32,035 nt of DNA from a virus (lineage: Duplodnaviria; Caudoviricetes), in the IMG/VR virus record IMGVR_UViG_3300042519_002505, positions 1 through 32,035 of that record, one strand, 5' to 3'. The notes under the pieces were generated by a model. It did no database searches. It had not been told where the DNA came from and worked only from the letters and a program-made list of their open reading frames with translations. The position numbers were made by a program, and so were the translations under genes. Shown here in pieces: positions 20,701 to 26,660 of the stretch. Positions within the stretch are counted from its first letter, which is position 1. Each line of letters begins with the position of its first letter.

Positions 20701-20808
20701 GAAATTGGGCTCTTGAATCAGTTGGTCTAGAGTGGCCGCTAGAAACTGCTTGTTGGCATCAGTCTGAAATATTTCAGGAAGAAAATCTACACTACGAACA
20801 TTGGCCAT
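5791..20808 (-). CDS. Giant (5005 aa) multi-domain baseplate protein in the T4 gp7 / P2 gpI position
   Basis: 15-kb uninterrupted ORF coupled (TAATG) to the gp6-like gene. It has an N-terminal FLPEIF...FL motif, YIQEVKPYH (KPxH motif of gp7/gpI-type wedge proteins), seven FG-GAP-like repeats, four CBM5/12-like motifs, cupredoxin-like domains and many V.NG...G.DY beta-sandwich modules. Confidence 0.8.
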   Translation of the reverse strand: MANVRSVDFLPEIFQTDANKQFLAATLDQLIQEPNFKKTQGFIGRTVGPGVNPNDRYVIEPTTTRANYQLEPGVVSLEPDTDTIKDVITYPGLNDAVTFQGGSGARPDRLYSSEYYSWDPFVDFDAFVNFSQYFWVPAGPAAVDVASVGVPITDNFVVTRENGAYSFSGISGTDPIVQLVRGGSYTFQVSQNAKETVNYRVRNAGVGAYVIDFQNNPTLTLARGNTYVFNLTLSGVYPFWIKTEPTTGLGETYSSGVTRNGATTGLVTFTVPQDAPDTLYYASENQVLMQGTLNIVNSAPGTGPGFWIQSTPGVSGAVTSTPNISSRDVLGVVNNGEDLGTVVFNVPQKTAQDFYYNLTSIGTVDLLTTLQFAQINNQPVSEFIATYGGIDGNTNLNSRTIIFTNPTVDTQDGGWYRTSFFDPLIQDSANNGLNGSYDSIPFDLTIDIAPDQRYQKYQITYVDIAGVSYIQLNKIADIAPLEKFTITNGTTYSSTQWYKDTTGIFQQIPLLSAVQNVLYYQDGTDPEIFGEIRLLDQTDSNTLYVDEIAGRKDYTAPNGVKFTNGLKVRFTGDVVPTSYASGTTAFTCSQTEAGTNYITSSASTDLYVGQAVVFVSPTLGGLVAGTTYYVRSNAAAGTKFTVSATQYGNTAVTLQNGTGTMNSIAISDREYYVAGVGTAIKLLPVTDFVTPELYVQDENAGTALVEPADLDYLTIDRASKDLNAWTRSNRWFHVDVINATAAYNNTTAVFDNNYRAKRPIIQFRPGIRLWNMGTQGKAPVDIVDFEETDAFSNIEGSTSYSVDGYTFVEGTRVIFAADQDSAVRNKIYVVSFVTPDTVPPLIAQPIIVLTLAQDGDVLIDQSVVCTNGTDLAGLTFWYDGVEWIQAQQKTAVQQAPLYNIYDVDGVSFGDGTKYQSTTFSGSKLFSYAVGNTSILDPILQFPLQYLNINNVGDIVFDNNLYRDTFLYVVDNVSVTNDISSGSAREYSSRLTYNKLIGWQTAAVEQQIYQQFKFSYAATTLKLDVALTAQTSIAVPVIKIYVGSIFQDPATYSYVTTADSTTITLSGTYVLGDIIEVLVLSDQTSKVAFYQVPNNLESNPLNANSNSFTLGTIRTHYQSICENLTTLTGPVNGANNTRDLGDIVPYGLVILQQSAPLTLAGYFMRSPAYNIFASLQYNSREYIKFKAQMLDAVLSQNIGFDTTAQVLDTAIQSVTLGKLDNQPFYWSDMLPAGVITDSNSYNVSFITTQVFDTVQVYNYTSANYLGLLVYLNDQLLTRGVDYTVAVDGPRITILSTLAIGDTVTINEYEATYGTFVPNTPTKLGLYPAWKPAVIPQVTSTGTSNFVLGHDGSTTPVFGDIRDAVLLEFETRIYNNLKLDGNPVPLTVEDVLPGQFRSTGYNFEEINTIFATDFLSYCGWNKLDYGQQNYRADNELTWNYSRAQSRLDKQNLLGAWRGIYRYYYDTQQPSLTPWEMLGISEEPTWWQDTYGPAPYTNDNLVLWDDLAAGYVADPIAPYFKPEFARAASMVAGPKREGIWFEKYGSGPYPSLLPVIPTGSEGEILSPLDSVVGALPPNYNPSTEFVKSWTLGDGGPVEASWWNSSSYPFSVMHMLAVTRPAKFFALFADRDLYRYNEDYQQYLYNNRYRLDANGVEVYGDGVSKASYINWLVDYNRQTGVDSTKLLTADLKSLDVRLCYRMASFSDKQYIKLFTEKSSPNSTNTALMIPDESYDILLYKNQPFDQIIYSSVAIQKVTGGYAVFGYGNNQPYFNILQSYPNGKLETYSSGGVTVRVPTLYTTTVVQVPYGFVFSNETSVADFLLSYGKLLEQQGLAFDNIANGYVLDWPRMVNEFLYWSQQGWDTDAIINVNPLASKLSVSKAQAVVDSVRTETTENLLLDQNSRELPTRTLNVVRLGNTFSIEPLSTQSISFINMQFTNYEHMIVLSNQSVFGDLIYDPTTGARQSRLNLVAVTSGDWNGSVDAPGFILNQDNVEEWDGLRVYTKGQIVKYKNVFWSALKIVQPSETFDFNVWTQSDYTQIELGLLPNLANKANQLANSYDINAANIETDNDLLSYGLIGFHPRQYMAALNLDDVSQVNVYRQFLGSKGTILSAELFKQANLGKEAADYDIYENWAVQRAVYGANANRSFFELRLNRALLDANPGLVQVVVPQQVSEADQQILLNDVWRQSYKLTSPDILPTTTTLPTDIGLPTAGYVNLDDADITVFDIVDSASLSANIDAIEVGTSIWVAKINDYDWNIYRAQAVPGIIQHVCDNLDGTSRVIFNTQHGLAAGNKLIIKFFDIEVNGVYQVLSVPNLTTVNIAFAFAGDRAVANGTGLGFTLKTMRVAQASDVLNLPYANNILPGAKVWVDNNGDGLWQVLQKNSVFTDVVELNPVLLDAGEQYGVSVAQAQNRLAALVGSPRYGFGSGTETGAVYVYVKNYGDQYSPVSPVANQDGILTLDAIGVRGYGNAVDFGDQTWAAAGASKSLGSGSQADNGYVAVIFRDPELGEPGVIPYAQWQLLTQPSGYGTLLTGAGEFGYSVAVSLDERWMYIGAPGLNSVHAYGRVDWEKQSIKVTADGATTVYKINSQIQINNNSQLKVTFNGQIQTYGASYTIASNFGEVVLTTPPGVSVATAIVPGTTYTILTVGNTDYTAIGAASNTVGVEFVATAVGTGTGTVLESVLIEFARYNSFQIPYNDATFNLANGTDASGNSVGLFTVDNIYSFSIKVNEDLWRPNIDYTFSGTTVTFITARISTDVVVAFAGSYFEYVDTIDTSSVTGGLTAGDRFGQSVSCSTDGRQVMIGAPYRTIDSLVEAGTVYVFDRNVQRFIYGTDTSSVTFTVLGGTPTGPVSVIVNNQFLINQTNSVINAPNSFTILGDVVTINADLQIGDIIEIETNQFQQLQQVDQQTVANFSNFGQALDLCTNNCSLYIGEPQSSAQIYKGGVVERFVNQSKIYGTITSLYTYQAVQDANADYSPSFTIGMYENTGTVNGRIQYSFIAALTAGETIRINNMDVEVPVAATLASLASAINTTVPNVLATVSATGYLTIGVKNSGAAPALDKVNVAPGTVGATFADLGFDTYAWTQTIFSPYPVEFSGFGSSVGIDNSAINLVVGAPQGSLYLETVFDDGTTIFDAGSTVFFTVIIQSGAVYIYDYLPSSTSNINNPGKFVFGEQINNSNVQPLDGFGTAVNYTSGVLMVGAPKNDSGDSTADFGAVFVFENPTRSLAWTVLEQQQPVVDVRLLNSVFLYDRISKATSEFLDFIDPLQGKILGAARQNIDYIGAVDPAAYNVGPANIRGTTWNADHVGEIWWDISSVRFIDPNQDSIVYASRRWGQLFPGSVIDVYQWIVSPVPPANYTGEGAPLTSLSYTVNTRLSREGTFITEYYFWVRGITTTSTKINKTLPASTVASYIADPKASGIAYMAPINASTIALYNSGDYIEASDTIISIEFDRELTNDNVHTEYELIAQDRANGFLSDNLYRKLQDSFCGVDTFGNQVPDPNLGVAEQYGVQFRPRQSMFANRFEALRNYLTHSNTVLAQYPISESRSFNLLNSSEAEPTANSGLWNLRVANLEILGFQNIYAVALGYKYLVVTDSNNRGLWTIYTVTASDTTPGARVLVLTRVQGYNTPDYWSYIDWYRPGYNSSTKIITQVVTYSALGAINVPVGSSAKVTANAQGKWEIYLLTDLGWERVGLQDGTIAFSNELWDYAVGRFGFDIEVFDAQYYDQEPVTETRKIIQAINQELFIDDLALERNRALVLMFNFVLSEFAAPEWLVKTSLIDVDHRIRQLLPYQNYVRDNQEFVSDYIQEVKPYHVQVREFNLKYTGFDISRGDLTDFDVPAYYDTTLEIPKYISPVLLPYNAGTAFNSTINSASDTPASSTIWNTWPYSQWYTNHWLSIESARVVNQGSGYTATPTVIFGTEWTASTAITAGQQIFFVDNLYTVTTSGTTGTIAPLFTSGSQTDGTAALSYAGVAASGAAVINSLGQVVAVEMIQSGSGYRAAPAVTISGGNGTGAEYYAVVNGQGSGQVYNASVVPTTVDSYTLARSFRTVIRYDRFQYFSDVRDWNTDGTYQDGQLVRYDDRVWQAASSTSTAVVGPTFNLEDWTLVNAATFNYGTGPYGLTGVDRTMGLYVPGVNQPGLELPLLIDGVSYPGVQVYGDYFLRDPLAVDADYTSEFTDLTLGTLPTSINADGGQFVGLYEGHAPEELVNGAEFDTLDMRVYTRPGADWNRDGHGFQLTSIRYTYEAAVTDTYSWSGVVEHPVQILVSNQTTGLDLASGIDYSVDWENQTITLLTVANGNGINISVYELGGGNQLYRANYAGSVTGQTVIIPVNSAEINIMAVFINGEAISGVTWEPYIASTNWDILDTYDKLDVVNNSGNFYRAIQAVPQGVAITDVAYWLLFVPTLESQVDLGTSPGPGAGISLTALGLTTVIAGNFVIGQQYTISTVGTTNFVAIGAAANTVGTVFTATGIGTGTGKATTAYSWSTPQVQYFVVTSADATTKTFVLTNSASGTNPANMIVTRNGLRLTPPEGIEWLGDDSSVSFGLPQRGGYQQNIINAPTDVVVWVDNILQVQSVGATVGSYSVTNWTGSNTPGRQVVFTTPPASGSRILITVNTEADFDVVGQSLQVISAINLDDVVAVTTWNDTAQQNALSLVFLGPIFTGLTVSEPYDSTTYDEGAVSEAPGSYDYSAGVLIATNDFYLQRDPVAAGRLWVTLDGYRLFEGADYVVENGYLILATGAIGAAQVLVVTEFTNSIVPEAMAFRVFQDMRGVQATYRITDATTTTLAQNLSATDNIAYVANAAALSDPNLALGIFGAITIDGERIMYRERNTALNTISGLMRGTLGTGASAHLSGAEVYDIGRGNLLPEQYQDYIVSDSTLGDGSTSVFYAPSILFEDFLDSSSERPAVEVYVGGIRQYAYSDTTATSRYRWFVTDYDPLAVDFAVPGYQAPAAGVEVTILVRQGVTWYQQGANEASDGIALQDTDTQAARFLRGF

Positions 20809-23800
20809 TAAATTACTCCGCTACCAGGGGCAGTACGCAAATTGGTACTGGTGAGTGCTTCAATCACATCAATGTTGTTGATTGTTGCGCCGTTGACAAA
20901 TATTTCATTGGGTGCTGACCGTATTTCGTACAGATCGCCAAAGTATTTTTGTGTGTCAAGTGGTACCAGGACCACTGAACTAATTATTGTGCCAAGTGTT
21001 CTATGCAAGTATGCTGCCAATTCTGAGAAGTAAAAAGTATCTCCAAAGTTCCATTTGTCAATGGAAAAATATGTGTTCATGGATGCTACTACTGCACTTT
21101 TGATTTCACTAACGCTGGCTGTGCTGTTTGATGCACGTATAACTTTGATTGTGGCTCGCAGATTGGATGCGGCTTTTTCACCAAACAGGGGTTTGAACAC
21201 CACTGAATTCAACACAATATTGTCGCTTAACATTTTGTAATCTTGTAGTTTTTGATATGCAGTTGATAGTTCGTCAATGCTGGGAACATCTGGTTCAACT
21301 ACAGTGCCCGTAGTGTCACGAATCCAATTCTGGTATGCTGTGTAGTAGGACAAGGTCACAACATACAAGTCAATGATGTTGGTTGTCCCTGGATCAATTC
21401 TGTTGGTCAACGGACTGTTATGACGGTATTGATAATACAAATCTTGACGACCAGTTCGGACTGTCCATTCATCTGACACGTTGACAAGTGTTCTCAATCC
21501 TGTGGTACCAATGCTGAGTTGATAGAACGTCTGATCAGTATAGGCATAGAATACCTGTCCAGGACTCCATTCCAATTTGACCAGTTCAATGTCGTCTATG
21601 GTAGCATAGTCACTGGTCACAAGGCCGGCCTCTACCAGCAGGAATCTTTGTAGATTGTCAAAGTCCACGGTCTTTTGTAGGTATACGTATTTCTGAGTAC
21701 TGTCTACTGCGGGCGCCACGATCTCAGAGAAAAAGTCTGGATTGTCTGGAACACCATCGTTGTCGCTGTCGCGGAATCCTACCAGCACCTGGAAGTCATC
21801 AACATAGCCGTCACTCTCAACTGGTTGTCCAGTAATGGTCATAAAAATGTCGCCAGGCAAATGATTAGTGGAATCAGGTTGTGTGTTCACGGCCAGGCAA
21901 TTGATGTAGTCTTTGATCACAGTACCTGTACGACTGTCGTAGACCTGGGCGCCATCGTAGAAGAAGAAACGTGTTTGCAACACTGATCCAAAGTAGTAGG
22001 CCAGTCCACGGAATGTGATTGTGTAGTTTTGATTTTGCACCACAAACTGCACCAGCCATGACGCATCTTGATTGGTGCCTGAGGTTGATCCTGCGTTGGC
22101 TTGACTAAAGGCAGAATCTGCTGCCAGATTGGTGCTGGTAATCAGGTACCACGAATATGGTGTACCTGTGATGTCGCCGTTGTTGTCATAGCCGATACCA
22201 AAGTTGCGATTCAACAAAATTTGTTCAGCCATGGCCTGTTCCAGGCTCAGTGGCAGGTCTGTCACAAACAAGGGAATAATAGTGTCTACTAGTGCGCCCG
22301 AAGGTACAAAATTGTTGAGTGCAACTGGTCCTGCTCCAGAACTCAGGTTGCCCAGACCGTTGTTGTAGCCGTTGCCTTGTATGCTCAGTGGACTGGCCCA
22401 GATGTCTAGTGTTTCGTCGGCACGACTTGGTGTGCCTTGCTGCAACTTGTTGTTGCTGTCAAAATAATAGCCCGATGGTGCAACAAATTTGATCAAGCTG
22501 CCCACGGCCACATACTTGAATGCTGTTGTGGTTGTGGCACCAACTGGGATTGGTGTTCCGTTGGGCCAGGTGGCTGATGTTATTGCATTTCTAAAATAGC
22601 CCGTGGTTTCGTTGGCCAGTGTTGTGCTTTGATTCCAGGTGGCTCCTGCAACCCAGGTGGTTGAACCATATGTGGGCAAGGTAGTTGCTGTGACTCTGGG
22701 AAAGTTGGCATAGTAAAACTGCCGCATGGTGGTTTCGCCAATGCCGGGCTGCACCTGGTTGGTGACCACATCTGCAATTTCATTTCGGTTGGTCCAGGCA
22801 AACAGGATTGTGGGCAGAATGTTCTGTTCCCACAGTCCGCCGTCACTGCCAAAAGTATTGGTGCTGGAATACTTGCCTGTGTTGTCCACAAGGTCAAGAT
22901 ACCGGCTGGTGCCAATGCTGGCACGGTTCAGGGCCTTGCTTTTCACAATTGAATTGTATTGTGTGTAAGGAAACAGGTTGTAGTCTTCGCCGTTGACCAT
23001 GCGATCTTGTGTGTAGTATCTGGCAGGGGCACGTTGCTTGATAGCATCAATACTTTCACGGGCTTGACTGTTGCTGACAGGTCTTGTGATGCCACAAGTG
23101 AACGTTAGAGTCTCAAGGTTGCCATTGCGACTGATGTAACTGATGGGAATGGTCACAGCCTGCATTTCTTCAGGATTGATGATGTATTGCAGGCCGTTGG
23201 AGGCACGAACATACGCACGATATGTTCCCACTGGAATTTCAGAGAACACACCATCACCAAACACCATGGTAATTTGATCGTTGGTTCTGGATGTCACTGT
23301 GTAGATTGGACGCAGTGTGGTGCCCACTTGTTCAGCGGCTGCGGCATAGATGTTTTCAGTATAGGTCCATTCACGGTTCACACTGCCCACATTGTCCAGC
23401 TGGAACAACCAACGGTCTTCGTTGTTGACGCCTTCGATATTGATGTTTACTGTGCGGTTTGATACTTTTTCGGCCAAGTTGAAGTCTTGATTCTGTAGTA
23501 CGCCTTGCTTGAACATAAAGAAATAACCGGTATTTGCGGATTGAAATCCCAGTTGATCATTGCGGAACAGGATGTTGAATGGCTGATTGGCTCTAGGTGG
23601 TGGCTCATATAGATATGTGGCACCCACAGATGTTGAACTCATGGCTTCAAACGGCATGGTAACACCGTCAACCACAGCGGTATAAGGCACTATGGGCAAG
23701 AACCCTGGCACCAGGTTAACTGCATATTCATCTGTACGCACACCCAGAATAGTCTGACGGTTGCCTGGGCGACCCACACGCTGAGTATCCACTAGACTGC

Positions 23801-24284
23801 TGTTGATGATTGTGGTAAACTGTTCTTGCCAGTCAGGATTGGTTGGGTCAGCCCAGTTCACAGTGACGTTGGAAAGATTTATACCCTGATAGTCCACAAC
23901 ATTTTCTGTTGTGGTCACAGAAAATACCTTGAGTAGACCTTGTGCTGCTATGTTGCGCTTGGCAGTGTAGCTGATCAGATTGGCCAAGCGAGTGACACTG
24001 TCTCTGCGTTCAGCAGTGTCCATGTAATTTTCACGAGTGTTTAGGTCAGTACGGAATGCCAGAGCCTGGCCCATGAATGCAATAACGTCTAGTAGGGCAA
24101 TGTATTCAGAACTTTCAATGTAGTCATTGAATGTTTCTGGATAGTACAGGCGCAAGTAGTCAACAAAACTCTTGCGAAGAGTTTCAAAGTCATAGCTTTG
24201 GAAGTCTGCTTCGCGATAGGTTTGATAGATCTGTTTCCAGTCTTCAACACCAAATATCGCTGTTTGTCTAGTTGTTTTTGCCAT
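20808..24284 (-). CDS. Baseplate wedge protein, T4 gp6 / baseplate-J-like (1158 aa)
   Basis: Characteristic gp6 motifs: DFETLRKSFVDYL, FNDYIESS, ENYMDTAERRDSV..LA..ISY, FGDGVFSEIP, ESIDAIKQRAPARYYTQDRMVNGEDY, FGDTFYFSEL. Confidence 0.9.
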   Translation of the reverse strand: MAKTTRQTAIFGVEDWKQIYQTYREADFQSYDFETLRKSFVDYLRLYYPETFNDYIESSEYIALLDVIAFMGQALAFRTDLNTRENYMDTAERRDSVTRLANLISYTAKRNIAAQGLLKVFSVTTTENVVDYQGINLSNVTVNWADPTNPDWQEQFTTIINSSLVDTQRVGRPGNRQTILGVRTDEYAVNLVPGFLPIVPYTAVVDGVTMPFEAMSSTSVGATYLYEPPPRANQPFNILFRNDQLGFQSANTGYFFMFKQGVLQNQDFNLAEKVSNRTVNINIEGVNNEDRWLFQLDNVGSVNREWTYTENIYAAAAEQVGTTLRPIYTVTSRTNDQITMVFGDGVFSEIPVGTYRAYVRASNGLQYIINPEEMQAVTIPISYISRNGNLETLTFTCGITRPVSNSQARESIDAIKQRAPARYYTQDRMVNGEDYNLFPYTQYNSIVKSKALNRASIGTSRYLDLVDNTGKYSSTNTFGSDGGLWEQNILPTILFAWTNRNEIADVVTNQVQPGIGETTMRQFYYANFPRVTATTLPTYGSTTWVAGATWNQSTTLANETTGYFRNAITSATWPNGTPIPVGATTTTAFKYVAVGSLIKFVAPSGYYFDSNNKLQQGTPSRADETLDIWASPLSIQGNGYNNGLGNLSSGAGPVALNNFVPSGALVDTIIPLFVTDLPLSLEQAMAEQILLNRNFGIGYDNNGDITGTPYSWYLITSTNLAADSAFSQANAGSTSGTNQDASWLVQFVVQNQNYTITFRGLAYYFGSVLQTRFFFYDGAQVYDSRTGTVIKDYINCLAVNTQPDSTNHLPGDIFMTITGQPVESDGYVDDFQVLVGFRDSDNDGVPDNPDFFSEIVAPAVDSTQKYVYLQKTVDFDNLQRFLLVEAGLVTSDYATIDDIELVKLEWSPGQVFYAYTDQTFYQLSIGTTGLRTLVNVSDEWTVRTGRQDLYYQYRHNSPLTNRIDPGTTNIIDLYVVTLSYYTAYQNWIRDTTGTVVEPDVPSIDELSTAYQKLQDYKMLSDNIVLNSVVFKPLFGEKAASNLRATIKVIRASNSTASVSEIKSAVVASMNTYFSIDKWNFGDTFYFSELAAYLHRTLGTIISSVVLVPLDTQKYFGDLYEIRSAPNEIFVNGATINNIDVIEALTSTNLRTAPGSGVI

Positions 24285-24305
24285 TCTTGATACGCCTCTA
24301 TTGTT

Positions 24306-24311
24306 TATTTA
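24306..24311 (-). promoter_or_regulatory. Late-promoter-like TAAATA motif upstream of the gp6-like gene
   Basis: GCTAAATAAACAATAGAGG...ATG in the intergenic gap, with a GAGG RBS downstream. Confidence 0.55.
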
Positions 24312-24332
24312 GCGGCAACAAAAACGGCTTAG

Positions 24333-24710
24333 TTATACATAGGAGGCGTTGCGCTGTTGCAGATCAAAGAAAATACTCAGCCGCTCGGCATCTGTAGACG
24401 GGGTCACAGTGAGCTCCACCTGAATCAAGATACCATTTTCTTGTGGGAATGTCACAACTTCGCTGATGAAAATTCTAGGGTCGCCTGCTGCCACACGCTG
24501 CACTTCTCGCTCTATTGCCTGCTGCGATGCTTCCACTTGATTTTCAAACAAGAAGTCCCAGAGCACTGTGCCGTAGGCTGGACGACCTGGCAATTGACCT
24601 TGACGAATGTTGAACGCATTCAACAGGTCTCGCTTGATCAGTTCGAAGTCTGTCAGGGTAAACTTTTTGTATTGCCCCTGAGTGTTGAAGCCAATGAATT
24701 TTTGTGCCAT
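24333..24710 (-). CDS. Baseplate wedge subunit, T4 gp25 / P2 gpW-like (125 aa)
   Basis: LIKRDLLNAFNIRQGQLPGRPAYGTVLWDFLFE...DPRI matches the GPW_gp25 pattern (GER..rP.fG..l..lLFE...EPR). Gene order is also typical. Confidence 0.9.
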   Translation of the reverse strand: MAQKFIGFNTQGQYKKFTLTDFELIKRDLLNAFNIRQGQLPGRPAYGTVLWDFLFENQVEASQQAIEREVQRVAAGDPRIFISEVVTFPQENGILIQVELTVTPSTDAERLSIFFDLQQRNASYV

Positions 24711-24714
24711 GGTG

Positions 24715-24720
24715 TATTTA
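24715..24720 (-). promoter_or_regulatory. Late-promoter-like TAAATA motif, 4 nt from the ATG of the gp25-like gene
   Basis: GGTAAATACACC-ATG, with no room for a Shine-Dalgarno sequence. Confidence 0.5.
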
Positions 24721-24727
24721 CCGGTGC

Positions 24728-26659
24728 TTATGTATTGATGCCTTCAATCTTGAACTGCAATAGCCTAATGCGTTCTTTCAAGGATTTGCTGCGTTCTAGC
24801 ACTGTCAGGATGCCCTCATCGAGGACTCTAAAATCACCAGCCGTGACTTGTCGCACTCGGATGTCTGCATTCTCTCTAGCACTGATATACTCACCTATTG
24901 CCGGAACCACAACAGCATTATAGCTGGTTCGGTTTGCCCCATACTCAGCATCAACTGCTGCCCATTCATTTTGTGTTATTGTTTGTTGATTTTCTAGGGC
25001 CGTAACTTTTTCGTTTAGATTGGCTAAAATTACTGCGCGAGCATTCACCAAATTTGCAACTTTGACTAAACTTGCCTGAAGAGCCACCAGTTGGGTTTCT
25101 ACTGCGCTAGCAGCAACAGGAGCTGGCGGGCCGTAATTGACCGGAGGTATTTTTTCATTGCCGGCAATACGACTGCTGGCAGCATCAACTGTGGCTCTGC
25201 TGACCGTGTCAGTTGCCGGAACAGGTATCTCTGTGTCTTTGAAGGTGTTTGGTATCTTGGTGGACACCAGGTTCACTGCAAATGCGCTATCTCGTACTGC
25301 GGTGTCAAATGCTGCCTTGATGTTCCCAGTTGCATCTCCGGGTATGGGCAGACCCTTGGCAAACGCTTCGGCATTTGGTAGACTTTTGGCAGCATTTAGA
25401 CTCATACCTGCAAGTCCTTGTGCAGATAAATTTTTGACTGGTATTCCCACTGCACCCAGGCCAGCCACACCCTTGGTCATGAGATCTTGTTGTATCAGGC
25501 CCTGAGTTGACGGACTTGCCAACAATCCGCTCAGTCCTTGTATTCCACCTTTGCCTGTCCAGATTGAAGGACTCTTGGCAACTGCTACCAGGCTGCTGAC
25601 GCCTTGTGCAAGCAGATTGCTAGTGCCAGGCTTGACATAGCCAGCAGTTTCAAGTTGTTGGATGTTTAGTCCAAACTCACCAATACCCTTGGCATTGCTA
25701 ATTGTGCTAGCAGGTTGGCCCACTAAATTTTTGGCCTGAGCCAGCACTCCGGTAACCTGTGCCGAGTCCATGGGGCCTATGGCATTTACTGCTGGTATGG
25801 TTTTGGCAAAATCAGCAACGTTGATTGTATTTGGACTCACTGGAACGTTTGTCAACGCACTGTTGATTGTTTGTAGTGCTGATGTTGCCACGCTGCCAGC
25901 TTTGGCTGCGGCACCCACCAAGGCAGAACCAGCTGTGCCAAGAGCCGACACTGCTGGACCCACTAATGCTGTCAGCCCTGCTGCTGTGCCTGCCAGAGAT
26001 CCGCCAAGGGCTCCGCCAGCAGCACCTAGCCCGCTGGCCACACCGCCTAGCACACTGCTGAACGCACCAGCTCCTCCATTGATACCGCCTTTGGCAAATG
26101 CTGCATCAACTGATGATATACGTCCTGTGGTCAGATCTACTCCAGCTGCTGATAGACTGGATGCAAAACCTCCCACGTTGAGACTGCCATTCACACCTGA
26201 CTGAGCTTGTGCAACCAGCGCTTGTGCTTCTGGTAAGCCGTCAGCTGCTTGTGTTGCTGCACTGAGTACGTCACCCGATTTAAATCCCACCAGGCCGCCA
26301 GCATTGGCCTGCTTTTTAAAAATTTCAAATGCTTGTTCTCGAGTCAGTCCCGGGGGACCTTTTATTTCAAATGCCTTTGCTGATCCGTCTGGCGCTGTGG
26401 TTGATGTCGCGGCTGTGCCTGCGTTGCCTGGTTGGACATCATTGGGATCTTCAGGAGGGCGCGGAAATCCCAAACTGGTCAAGCTGGGCAGACCTCGGCG
26501 CAGTCGTTCGCCATTTATCCTATCCCATACTGTGGTATCGGTTCCAGTATAGGTTAAATCTTCGTCTTTGGTTTTTGCATACAGATTGGTTTCAATCTTG
26601 GTACCTGTACTGCCGGCCGAGGACTTTAGACTGTCAAGATTGAATGTAAAATTGGCCAT
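24728..26659 (-). CDS. Baseplate-associated protein (643 aa) with a Gly/Ala-rich hydrophobic segment, a muramidase-like segment and a helical/coiled-coil C-terminus
   Basis: Lies between the spike and gp25. Contains GEFGLNIQQLETAGYVKPG...WTGKGGIQGLSGLL..P..Q, a glycine-zipper-like stretch and a C-terminal amphipathic helical region. Confidence 0.6.
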   Translation of the reverse strand: MANFTFNLDSLKSSAGSTGTKIETNLYAKTKDEDLTYTGTDTTVWDRINGERLRRGLPSLTSLGFPRPPEDPNDVQPGNAGTAATSTTAPDGSAKAFEIKGPPGLTREQAFEIFKKQANAGGLVGFKSGDVLSAATQAADGLPEAQALVAQAQSGVNGSLNVGGFASSLSAAGVDLTTGRISSVDAAFAKGGINGGAGAFSSVLGGVASGLGAAGGALGGSLAGTAAGLTALVGPAVSALGTAGSALVGAAAKAGSVATSALQTINSALTNVPVSPNTINVADFAKTIPAVNAIGPMDSAQVTGVLAQAKNLVGQPASTISNAKGIGEFGLNIQQLETAGYVKPGTSNLLAQGVSSLVAVAKSPSIWTGKGGIQGLSGLLASPSTQGLIQQDLMTKGVAGLGAVGIPVKNLSAQGLAGMSLNAAKSLPNAEAFAKGLPIPGDATGNIKAAFDTAVRDSAFAVNLVSTKIPNTFKDTEIPVPATDTVSRATVDAASSRIAGNEKIPPVNYGPPAPVAASAVETQLVALQASLVKVANLVNARAVILANLNEKVTALENQQTITQNEWAAVDAEYGANRTSYNAVVVPAIGEYISARENADIRVRQVTAGDFRVLDEGILTVLERSKSLKERIRLLQFKIEGINT

Positions 26660-26660
26660 G

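Noticed and set aside
5791-20808. Intein or intron as the explanation for the giant ORF size
   Set aside because: I saw no intein-like C...HN-[CST] boundaries or LAGLIDADG/HNH motifs. The length is explained by repeated structural modules.
24311-24331. Possible terminator hairpin between the gp25-like and gp6-like genes
   Set aside because: The CGGC elements are direct rather than inverted repeats, so no convincing stem forms.
24357-24923. 188-aa plus-strand ORF
   Set aside because: It is antisense to the clearly recognizable gp25-like gene and its neighbour, with no recognizable motifs.
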